Part shown: positions 27,419 through 36,059 of the stretch, piece by piece | Layout: each line of letters opens with the position of its first letter | Position numbering within the stretch: the first letter of the stretch is position 1 | Origin: an uncultured bacterium | GTDB taxonomy: Bacteria; Krumholzibacteriota; Krumholzibacteriia; Krumholzibacteriales; Krumholzibacteriaceae | NCBI GenBank assembly: GCA_964422745.1 | Contig: CAYRCK010000011.1 | Coordinates: 5,068 to 69,067, forward strand | Length of the DNA: 64,000 nucleotides | Reading direction: 5' to 3' | Program-made: the position numbers and the translations under genes | The notes under the pieces: generated by a model | What the model was told of the DNA's origin: nothing | The model's database searches: none | What the model saw: the letters and a program-made list of their open reading frames with translations, nothing else

Positions 27419-30400
27419 GCAGTTCTTCCACGTACCCGAGCATACCGCCGCCGACCTCCATCTTCCTTGCCTGGCCTGAACGCACGAAATAGAAAACCAT
27501 CCCCCCGTTAAGATCCATACCCATCTTCGACAGGGATACGGCATAAAGACTGCCCTGGGGACGGTACATCTCGAATCTCCGGTCGACGTCGGCGGCCGGC
27601 ACACTGTCTGTCTTGTAATCGACCGCCGTCCACCCGTTTTCGGTTTCGAACAGCAGATCTATCCTTCCCTCGATCATCCCTCCAGGTACGGTTCCGGCTT
27701 TCGCGACAGCAGCGAAATGAGAATCGATGGAAATCGTGAAGGGTGTCTCCCGCATTATCCTACGGGCCCCGGAAGCCTCGACAAGAAGATCCGATCGAAG
27801 CACAGACCGGATCAGAGTGGCGAGCTCCTCCACCCTGTCTTCAATCCCGAATTCCTCTGCGGCATACTCCACCGATCGGTCCGGCATCTTCAGAGACCTC
27901 AGGTCCGCCAATTCCATAAGCCGGTGAAAAGCCGCTCCAAAACGCAGGGCACGTCCACCCTCCACATCATCCACCCCCGGGAGATGTCCGGGCATGCTTC
28001 CGGCATCCTTTGCAGAGGCACTCACGAGTTGGTCGACCCTTATTGTTTTCAGTTCCTCGGTATCTTCCGCTGCCGTGCCGCCGGCATTCGACTGTGACCG
28101 TGTCTTTCTATCCTCGAGCCCCGTAGGAGTCAATACAACCGGCGCTATCGATCCGGCTTCGATCAGCCCCTTCCTCTCCGCCACCCATCGCTCTCTTTCC
28201 GCCGCCCCGTAACCGTCTCTTCCCCCGACGTAGAGCTTCAAGGCGGTGAATGACTCCGCCTTGCCGGTGAGCGAAGGGAGGACCGATACGTTTATCAGAT
28301 CGACGAGGTCTGCAGCATCGGCTCCACTTTTATCGCCCGAGCCCGAATCCCCGACCCCGTCCCCCGCCTTACCTTCGTTTTCACTGTCTCCATCACCCGG
28401 ATTCTCATCCGGCAGGAATCTCGAAAGAAGCTCGAAGTAGCTGCCTCTGCGGGGAGTCCGGCCGATCACGAGAAGGTCCTCGGCCCTCGTAGCGGCGACA
28501 TACAGCAACCTTGCGGCCTCCGCCTCGTCCCGGGACCTTTCTTCGGTCCTGAACGATTCGAAATCGCTAGTTTCCATAACGGCTCCAACCCTAAAGGCCA
28601 TCCTGCCATCCCTCAGCAGCAATCTATCGATCCTGTTTTCGCGTTTCTGCACGAGGTTAGCCATGATAACAACTGGAAACTGAAGTCCCTTTGACTTGTG
28701 TATCGTAAGCAGCCTCACTGCATCCTCATCCGTAACGGGTGAGTCACCTTCGTCCGCGCCTAGAGGCTCCCGATCCCGGAACCATGAGGCGAACCTCCTG
28801 AAGGAATAGCCGCCCTCGTCAAATTCCCTGGCGAAATGAACGGCCTTCCTTATATTGGCCACCCTTTGCTCCCCGTGAGGTCTGAGTGCCGACAGTTCCA
28901 GATAACCCGTCCGGCGCAGAAGTTCCAGCAGCGTCGAAGCGCACCCTCTCTTGTCTTTTCCGCGGTGAAGGTCCCGAAGTATGTCGAATGCATCTTTGAA
29001 ATCTTCGAATTCATCGCCGTCGGACGCCTTTCCTCCCAGGTAATCCAACCTTCCTCCGGACCTGGAGAACAGGAATATCTCCTCGTCGCTGAACCCGAAA
29101 ACGGGGGAGCTCAGTACTGCGAACAGGGCCAGGCCGTCCCATGGCTCCTCGATCGACCACAGGGCCGCCGCGATATCCCTTACCTCCTGACGCATGTAGT
29201 ACAGCTTGCCTCCCTCCACGCTGTACGGTACGCCCTCACGTCTCAAAGGATTCTCGTAGAAGTCGATTCCGGTTGTTCTCGGGTATAGAACGGCAATATC
29301 TCCGTACCGAAGAGGCCTGTATCCGGGATGCTCCGAACATCTCACGCTTCGCCCACTCTGCATGAGCCAGTTCACAAGCCTCGCTATCGACTCGCCTTCG
29401 CGCTCTCTCACCGAGTCGGTGTTCGGCTGTTTACCATCCATTTCGAGATCGAGCAGGGCCACGGCCCTCCGCTCACCCTCTCTGAAGGGGCGTATAGGCT
29501 CGTAGTCGGGTTGGTATCTACCTTCATCCGGTCTGCGGATGATCCCTGAAAACGCCGAATTGACCCAATCTACTATCCCCGGGACGGATCTGAAATTCTG
29601 GCTTATCCTCAGCACAGAGTCGCGCTCGGAGAATGTATCCTTGGTCTTCTCGAATATCTCGACATCCGCCTTCCTGAACCTGTAGATGCTTTGCTTGGGA
29701 TCGCCCACGATGAAGAGCCTTCCACTCCCGTAGCCTGAAGCCTCCCCCCGCCCGCCCGCGAGCCTCATTATCATTCGCGCCTGTACGGGATCCGTATCCT
29801 GAAACTCGTCCACGAGAACGTACCGGTACCGCTTCCTGAGTTTCTCCAGTGTGGTTGGATCGTCCATTAGAGCTCCGGCCCGAAGAAGCAGATCATCGAA
29901 GTCGAGAACCCTCCTCTCAGCCTTCTCCTTCTCCACGAAACCGCTGAACTCCACGAACCATCTCGTGAGGCCCTCCCTCATAACGTCTGTGTATCTCTTT
30001 CTGATCTCATCCCTTGCCGCCGCAAGATCCCGGGCGACCCTCTTGTACTCGGCGCACTTTTCCTCCGGATCCCAGTTCTGCTTGTTACCCTTGCTCGATC
30101 GAGGCAGATCTATCGTGAGGAGGTTTGTATCGAGCTCTACTCCATCCAACATTCGTAAATTTTGGACCTCTCCGTAAAACCTCATTATCTCTCTGTAACC
30201 GAGGTCCCCGGTATCGGTGCAGTGGCTGGTTGCCGTGGAGTGCAGTGATCCGGCGGCATCTTCGATCTTTTCCCTGAAAGATTCCATGTGGGGGCAGAAG
30301 CCGGCGGCATCCGATACTGTTTCCTCCGTTGCATTAGATTCGACCTCAGCGCGCCCATCAAGCGGCTGCCCTCCGGACGCTCCGTTTCCCCCCGGCACCT

Positions 30401-30953
30401 CACACCGCTTTCCATAGAATTCGAATGCCGATTCCCTCAGCCTGTCGACACTGCCTCCCAGCGATAGAAAGCGAGTAACCGGCTGGGCTTTGATCTCATC
30501 AATCCGGTTGATGAACCTGTCCCAGCACTCTTCGAGCAGCATACCCCTTTCAAGATCATCGAGCTGCGAGAACAGAGGATCCACACCCGCCTCGACGGGG
30601 TGCTCCCTCAGTATCCACGACGCAAACGAGTGTATCGTTGAAATAGGGGCCCGCTCCAGCTCCTCCAGGGCTCCTGCCAGCCTTTCGCTCTCCTGAGCTC
30701 CGACCCTGCCTGACTCCAGCAGCCGCCCGATCCCGATCCTCAGGCGAATCTTCATCTCCAGGGCGGCCTTTTCGGTAAAGGTTATCGCCACGATCTGTCC
30801 GCATTCCGCCTTTCCCTCGCTTATGATGGAGATATACCTATCGACGAGAAGGGTCGTTTTGCCCGTACCAGCACCGGCTTCCATGCACAGGGAGGTGTCC
30901 AGGTCGCTTACGGCTCTGCTCCGCGCCTTCTGATCGATGATACCACCGGTCAT
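27384..30953 (-). CDS. addA: ATP-dependent helicase/nuclease AddA (UvrD-like SF1 helicase with a C-terminal PD-(D/E)xK nuclease)
   Basis: Walker A EAGAGTGKTT, UvrD helicase motifs, and the C-terminal nuclease motif GRIDLLFETENGWTAVDYKTD. It contains an acidic Gly/Asp/Ser low-complexity insert. Confidence 0.85.
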   Translation of the reverse strand: MTGGIIDQKARSRAVSDLDTSLCMEAGAGTGKTTLLVDRYISIISEGKAECGQIVAITFTEKAALEMKIRLRIGIGRLLESGRVGAQESERLAGALEELERAPISTIHSFASWILREHPVEAGVDPLFSQLDDLERGMLLEECWDRFINRIDEIKAQPVTRFLSLGGSVDRLRESAFEFYGKRCEVPGGNGASGGQPLDGRAEVESNATEETVSDAAGFCPHMESFREKIEDAAGSLHSTATSHCTDTGDLGYREIMRFYGEVQNLRMLDGVELDTNLLTIDLPRSSKGNKQNWDPEEKCAEYKRVARDLAAARDEIRKRYTDVMREGLTRWFVEFSGFVEKEKAERRVLDFDDLLLRAGALMDDPTTLEKLRKRYRYVLVDEFQDTDPVQARMIMRLAGGRGEASGYGSGRLFIVGDPKQSIYRFRKADVEIFEKTKDTFSERDSVLRISQNFRSVPGIVDWVNSAFSGIIRRPDEGRYQPDYEPIRPFREGERRAVALLDLEMDGKQPNTDSVREREGESIARLVNWLMQSGRSVRCSEHPGYRPLRYGDIAVLYPRTTGIDFYENPLRREGVPYSVEGGKLYYMRQEVRDIAAALWSIEEPWDGLALFAVLSSPVFGFSDEEIFLFSRSGGRLDYLGGKASDGDEFEDFKDAFDILRDLHRGKDKRGCASTLLELLRRTGYLELSALRPHGEQRVANIRKAVHFAREFDEGGYSFRRFASWFRDREPLGADEGDSPVTDEDAVRLLTIHKSKGLQFPVVIMANLVQKRENRIDRLLLRDGRMAFRVGAVMETSDFESFRTEERSRDEAEAARLLYVAATRAEDLLVIGRTPRRGSYFELLSRFLPDENPGDGDSENEGKAGDGVGDSGSGDKSGADAADLVDLINVSVLPSLTGKAESFTALKLYVGGRDGYGAAERERWVAERKGLIEAGSIAPVVLTPTGLEDRKTRSQSNAGGTAAEDTEELKTIRVDQLVSASAKDAGSMPGHLPGVDDVEGGRALRFGAAFHRLMELADLRSLKMPDRSVEYAAEEFGIEDRVEELATLIRSVLRSDLLVEASGARRIMRETPFTISIDSHFAAVAKAGTVPGGMIEGRIDLLFETENGWTAVDYKTDSVPAADVDRRFEMYRPQGSLYAVSLSKMGMDLNGGMVFYFVRSGQARKMEVGGGMLGYVEELLRSAVSGLPRS

Positions 30954-30957
30954 GCTT

Positions 30958-33900
30958 TCACCCTCCGGTCCGGCAACGCTTGATTGATTCCTGATATGCG
31001 CCTACACGCCTATCACCGTCGATCTTCATATCGAACAACCGGTCCCTGCCCGACGGGCAGGCGGATTTCATATCACAGTACTTACAAGTCTCCCTGTCTG
31101 GTAGGGGGAAGAACATGCACTCTTCAATGCCACCTACCAAGCAGCCGATGAGCCTCTCGAAGTCACCGCCGTCATCATCCCAAAGTTCCCCGCTGAACGT
31201 CACAAGCCTCTTCCCGCTCCCCGCTCCGACACGCCTGTACATCGCTACCCCCCTTGACACGGGAGACCCGAGCAATACAGAGGCCGCAAGAAGGTATACC
31301 GGAAGCTGAAGGGCGGCGCCTCCGGCCAGATCCTGATCCTTCATCCGGTTCAATCCACCCGTCTTGTAGTCAATGACCCTGTAGCGCCCATCACTCCGCA
31401 TGTCGATCCTGTCGATCCTGCCGTGGAAGAAGACACCGCAATCCTTCAATCCGACCGGTGCGCCGCCCACATCCCCCAAAGCTCCGAATCCGCATTCGAA
31501 GCTGTAAGGCACATAATCTTCACCCGCCCTCATCTCCTCATCCAGCATCAGCCTCACTCCGGTCATCATATTCCCCTTCTCCCAGCTCCAGAACACGGGC
31601 AGCCCGACGGGATTAGCCTTCAGGTAGCCTGAAAAAGCGCAGGATGCTGCTTCGCGGGCCATATCCAGCACCCTTTCCCTGTCCCGCTCTCTGATCGGTA
31701 GCAGCCCGGCCGCTTCCAAATCGCGATACAGTCCCGCGAGGAGTTCATGAACGATAATTCCCCTTTGCAATGGTGTTATTGAAATCAACCTCTCGGGTTC
31801 TTCGATCGATTCAATTCTAAGAATGTGCTTCAAGAAATATGAGAACGGGCATTTCGCATACGACTCCAACGATGTAGGGGAGAAACTCCGCCCCTTTTCC
31901 CCCAGAATCTTTCCGAGCTCTTCCAGCGCCCTGCCGGAGGAGAATACGCCATCGTACGGCGTAAAGGCGCGTCTTCCCCACCTAGCCATTACGAGCTCTG
32001 CACCCCTCGAAATAAAACGGTCCGCCGGTGGCAGTGAGGGACCCCCGGTTCTGCCGGACGCGAGCAGATATCGGCATTCATGGATGCTCACTGGATCAGG
32101 GGGCAGCGGACTTCCTCGGCGTGGCGGAAGCCGTTTGAATCCCAAACATCCGTCATGGTTCCCGTCAGGCGAGTAGCCTTCGACGGTCCTTAAAAACGAC
32201 GACGGTGTTAATTCCTTTCCGGTTCCCATCTCCCTTTCCGGATAACTGAGCACTACAACCTCCTCAGCCGAATTGAGCTCCAATTCGAACACGAGCTTCT
32301 CCTCATCAAGCCTATCCCCCTTAAGGGACAGCATCACCCTTCCGCCGGAGCTCCTGTTCAGGATGACCCTTTCATCATCCTTGAGAAATGGATCCTGCCT
32401 GATCCTGCCGGGCAATGCGCTCTCCGTGATTCCAGGAAGAAACACGGCTCGGAATAAAAGCCCCCTGGCCCGGCTGCTGCGCAGCACCTTGATCCCGCTT
32501 GCGCCCTCGGGCACCGATTTAACGCGTGAAGATGCAAGGACGGTCCTGACATGCCTCGAAAACGTGTCGAACGATACCGGACCGGAAATCCGGTCCAGAT
32601 CTTCGAGACGGTTGATCGCAGCGCAGGTTAGCATTGTATCCTCACATTCAACGAACAAGTCCTCCAAGCATTCCGTGAAGGTCCTCGCATAGTGCCGCCA
32701 GCCGTGCTCTCCCCCCATTGACGCCTTCGCATGTTCTATGCTTCCTATCACTTCACACATGATCACGGCCGACGCAACCGCCTCGGCACCTTCCCCGTCA
32801 CCGTCCGTCGAGGATTCAAGCCTTTCCACGAGCTCGCCGCTCTCCGCAACCCAGCCCCCCTCCCCCGTCATTCCGGCAGATGCGCTGTTCTTTATCCATA
32901 GAGAATAGGGATCGTAACTGAAATTCCAGCTTTCCGGGATCTCGAGCGGGGCGGAGGAGATAAAGTCGACGAGCTTCCACCTCTCCAGCTCGCCGCCAAC
33001 AAGTTGAAGAAGGCGTAATGCGCTTTCAGATGCGGGACTCTTTCCCGAGAGCATGGATTCATCCGCACGGTACGGGATCTCCGCCTCTCCCAGGATCTCC
33101 CTCATTAACGGCCAGTACTCGTCCCACGAATGAATAACCACCGCCACTTCGCTGAATCTGTATCCATCTTGCCGCACGAGGCCGAGAATCCTGCGCACTA
33201 TTTCGCGAACCTCTTCCTCGGCGTCGATCGCGCTGAAGAGCCTTATTTCAGCCGGGCTTCGTCCGGCTGGTTCGGACCGTACGGCATCACCGTCGGCCAA
33301 GCGGTCGGCAAGGCGTCTCAGGGTTCTTCCGGTGAATCCATCACGCCCGCCTGAGCTGCATGGAACAAAGAATATCGCCTCGTTTTTACCGGAAAGCTCC
33401 TCGATGAGCTTCCACTGAGCCTCGTTGAAGTCGTAGAATCCGTAAAAGATAAGCAGACCGCCGAGCGCCTCGTCACGGGCGAACTCTGCGGCCCTTTCAA
33501 ACCGGGAATGTATGTCACCTCCCCTTACTCCGATCACGTCCCTGAATCGTGAATAGAATGAAATCAGCTCCAGAGTCCGCTCATCCAGACCGCTCGAATG
33601 TGATTTACCGCTCATTATCCACGAGACGGCATCCGCATTACAGCCCCCTTCGGCAAGATCGGTGAAACAAGAGAGGACGGAATCTGCCGCAGTGCCGCCG
33701 CCCGAACGGTCATTAAAAAAATCCGGCGCGTATCGCGATCTGAGCAGCTCTTCTAAAATGATCCCCGATTCGAATTCCGAAAGACAGCCCGGCGCCCCCA
33801 GCAGCTTTCTACTCTCTAGAAGTGAAACAAGATCCAGTAATGTCAGGAAGTGAACATTGAGCAGCTCTCCGATGCGTCCGGCGAGCCTCTTTCTCAGTTG

Positions 33901-34050
33901 GCCGCCCAGCAGGTTGGATCCGGTGATTATGCGGATAGGGGAAAACGGGTCCACGGCTCTTCTTTTCCCGAGCAGCATTTCCATGCCGTTTTCCAGGCCG
34001 GAATAATCACCGGAGATTATCACCCTCCCAGACATACGACGCCTCGACAT
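30958..34050 (-). CDS. addB: Helicase/nuclease subunit AddB (inactive helicase-like N-terminus, C-terminal RecB-type nuclease with an Fe-S cysteine cluster)
   Basis: 1030 aa. The nuclease motif is GRIDRIDMRSDGRYRVIDYKTG, and the terminal cysteines (…C…PDRETCKYCDMKSACP) fit the AddB 4Fe-4S staple. It lies directly upstream of addA with a 4 nt gap. Confidence 0.8.
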   Translation of the reverse strand: MSRRRMSGRVIISGDYSGLENGMEMLLGKRRAVDPFSPIRIITGSNLLGGQLRKRLAGRIGELLNVHFLTLLDLVSLLESRKLLGAPGCLSEFESGIILEELLRSRYAPDFFNDRSGGGTAADSVLSCFTDLAEGGCNADAVSWIMSGKSHSSGLDERTLELISFYSRFRDVIGVRGGDIHSRFERAAEFARDEALGGLLIFYGFYDFNEAQWKLIEELSGKNEAIFFVPCSSGGRDGFTGRTLRRLADRLADGDAVRSEPAGRSPAEIRLFSAIDAEEEVREIVRRILGLVRQDGYRFSEVAVVIHSWDEYWPLMREILGEAEIPYRADESMLSGKSPASESALRLLQLVGGELERWKLVDFISSAPLEIPESWNFSYDPYSLWIKNSASAGMTGEGGWVAESGELVERLESSTDGDGEGAEAVASAVIMCEVIGSIEHAKASMGGEHGWRHYARTFTECLEDLFVECEDTMLTCAAINRLEDLDRISGPVSFDTFSRHVRTVLASSRVKSVPEGASGIKVLRSSRARGLLFRAVFLPGITESALPGRIRQDPFLKDDERVILNRSSGGRVMLSLKGDRLDEEKLVFELELNSAEEVVVLSYPEREMGTGKELTPSSFLRTVEGYSPDGNHDGCLGFKRLPPRRGSPLPPDPVSIHECRYLLASGRTGGPSLPPADRFISRGAELVMARWGRRAFTPYDGVFSSGRALEELGKILGEKGRSFSPTSLESYAKCPFSYFLKHILRIESIEEPERLISITPLQRGIIVHELLAGLYRDLEAAGLLPIRERDRERVLDMAREAASCAFSGYLKANPVGLPVFWSWEKGNMMTGVRLMLDEEMRAGEDYVPYSFECGFGALGDVGGAPVGLKDCGVFFHGRIDRIDMRSDGRYRVIDYKTGGLNRMKDQDLAGGAALQLPVYLLAASVLLGSPVSRGVAMYRRVGAGSGKRLVTFSGELWDDDGGDFERLIGCLVGGIEECMFFPLPDRETCKYCDMKSACPSGRDRLFDMKIDGDRRVGAYQESIKRCRTGG

Positions 34051-34132
34051 AACATGAATGATAGACCCGTAACACCCTGTTCAGAATAGGACTCAACGCC
34101 GGAGGGACTCCGAATCCGCCGTTATATGAACG

Positions 34133-35743
34133 TCACAGCTTGGGAAGGTACCTGACTTCGAGGGAAGGTATCAGCTTACCTCCCGGAGCGACCGATGTTC
34201 TCTCCTTCTTGCCGATCTCGATAGCCGTTGAAGCGAGCTCGTACATCATGCTCGGCCACCACGACATCTCGACCTTTACCACGTACTCCCCCTTCTTTGC
34301 CCTCTCGCCGTCTCTGTCGTTCAGGTCCCAAACGAATATATGATGTCCAACGTCTATGCTTGCGCCCGTGACCGCATCGACATCATCATAGTTCGTGATC
34401 TCCGCGAACACGGGGAGCACCACCTGAACGTCTTTCGCGAACCCGCTGAAACCCGAAACGTAAACGGTTTTTATGTGATTGCCCTTTCTATCCTCGATCC
34501 ACACAGCAGTCTGAGGAGGAAGCTCATCCCGGAATCCCATCACAAAATCTATAACGAGGACAGGAACCTTGTAACTCGATGGATCGAAACGTGCTACGCT
34601 TGGACGCATCCCATCTAGAACCCGGCCCGCGGCTTCTGTGCCGGAATACTTTGTGGCTACCTCTATCCAGTAGCTCATCGCCTTTCTCTGATGGGCGACG
34701 CCCAGCATATACATGGCCTCGGCCTTCATGGAATCCGGAGCTTCGCTCTTCAGCACGATCTCCAGGTCCGCCACTCCCTGCTCGTGCTTTTGAAGGAAGA
34801 AAGGAAACATAATGCCGAAAATGCCCCTGACAAGCCTCAGCTCCAGGTTATCCGGATCGAGTGATACGGCCTTGTCCAGGTAGCTCATTGATCTGAAGAC
34901 CAGATTGGTGCGATAGTCGGTATCCTCGGCGATCTTCCCGTCGTACCCCTTCTCGCCCAGTCCTGCCAGGGTCAGCGCCATCAGCCTGTTTGCCTCGACA
35001 CTCTCGGAATTGGCGCTCAGGGCTTTCTCCAATGCCGCCTCGGCCTTTTCGAAATCACCGGTACCGTAAGCTTCTCTGCCGGCGGCAAGCAGGCGTTCGA
35101 ACTCCTCGCTGCTGATTTCCGGTTTTTCCTCGCCGCCCGCGGCGGCCGAGGCGATCCTCTCGATCTCCGCCTGAGCTCTCTCGGCGGCTTTCGTACCCGG
35201 GGCCATCTCGATAACCCTCTTCCAGGCGGATTCGGCCTTCGACGTGTCTCCGCTTTTAATGTAACCCTCACCTAGAAGCTCGTACGAGGTCAACATGTCG
35301 TTATCGTCCACAGAATCAGGGGACTTTCCGCGGATCGATTGAATGTGCTCGAGATCAGCAATCCCACCTTGAAGCTTCCCGAGAAACTCGGGCACCTTCA
35401 CGCCCATCAGGCCCCTGTAGAGGCGTGCTTTCGGATCCTCGGGGTCCAGCGAGACAGCCTTGTCGAGTAATTCGAACGACTTAGCGCTATACTCCCCCGC
35501 TTTCATGTAATCGCTCGCCTGTCCCGCCATGATACCATACAACAATCCGAGGTAGGCATGGCAGGTCGCGTTCTCCGGATGCTCGCCGACCGCTTCTAGC
35601 ATAGTCCCTAAAGCCTTCTCGATATCGCCGGAATCCCTGTAATTCATCGCCCTCTCGATATATGCATCCACCGTATCGGCACAGAGCACGCCCGGAACGG
35701 CGGCCGTAGAAACCAGCAATAAGCACAACGTAACGATCTTCAC
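34133..35743 (-). CDS. Secreted TPR-repeat protein with an uncharacterised C-terminal beta-rich domain
   Basis: Signal peptide MKIVTLCLLLVSTAAVPGVLCAD. TPR-like repeats follow (EKALGTMLEAV..., YLGLLYG...). The C-terminal 150 aa or so are non-TPR. Confidence 0.65.
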   Translation of the reverse strand: MKIVTLCLLLVSTAAVPGVLCADTVDAYIERAMNYRDSGDIEKALGTMLEAVGEHPENATCHAYLGLLYGIMAGQASDYMKAGEYSAKSFELLDKAVSLDPEDPKARLYRGLMGVKVPEFLGKLQGGIADLEHIQSIRGKSPDSVDDNDMLTSYELLGEGYIKSGDTSKAESAWKRVIEMAPGTKAAERAQAEIERIASAAAGGEEKPEISSEEFERLLAAGREAYGTGDFEKAEAALEKALSANSESVEANRLMALTLAGLGEKGYDGKIAEDTDYRTNLVFRSMSYLDKAVSLDPDNLELRLVRGIFGIMFPFFLQKHEQGVADLEIVLKSEAPDSMKAEAMYMLGVAHQRKAMSYWIEVATKYSGTEAAGRVLDGMRPSVARFDPSSYKVPVLVIDFVMGFRDELPPQTAVWIEDRKGNHIKTVYVSGFSGFAKDVQVVLPVFAEITNYDDVDAVTGASIDVGHHIFVWDLNDRDGERAKKGEYVVKVEMSWWPSMMYELASTAIEIGKKERTSVAPGGKLIPSLEVRYLPKL

Positions 35744-35982
35744 TAGAATCCCCTTTCCGCCGGATCGACCGGCTGTGACTCTGGCGGCATCAAGCGCCCT
35801 TTACAAGGAACATTTCAGGTTTTCTCGCCAGCCTCCGGTGCGACCGGAGGGTGGTCCACCCATATGAACCACCTCCCGGTTCATCAACGGATGAGAACGA
35901 ACACCGGCGGTTGTCATAGGATTGTAATTCATCCCTCACATTCAAGAAAGCTTTTTTGATAATCCCCCCGTTATCGATGCGC

Positions 35983-36016
35983 GAAAAAAAATAGTGCGGG
36001 GGTCTTCCCCCGCACT
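35983..36016 (-). terminator. Rho-independent terminator downstream of the C1 protease gene
   Basis: The minus strand reads AGTGCGGGGG-aaga-CCCCCGCACT followed by ATTTTTTTT, giving a perfect 10-bp stem. It lies 44 nt after the protease stop. Confidence 0.6.
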
Positions 36017-36059
36017 ATATCGGGTTCTCTTTCCGATTGGCCTTACTATCGAAGCAATG

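Noticed and set aside
27717-30696. Numerous plus-strand ORFs of 60-150 aa inside addA, and similar ones inside addB (31115..33853)
   Set aside because: They are antisense to long, well-supported helicase/nuclease genes and have Arg/Ser/Pro-rich junk composition.
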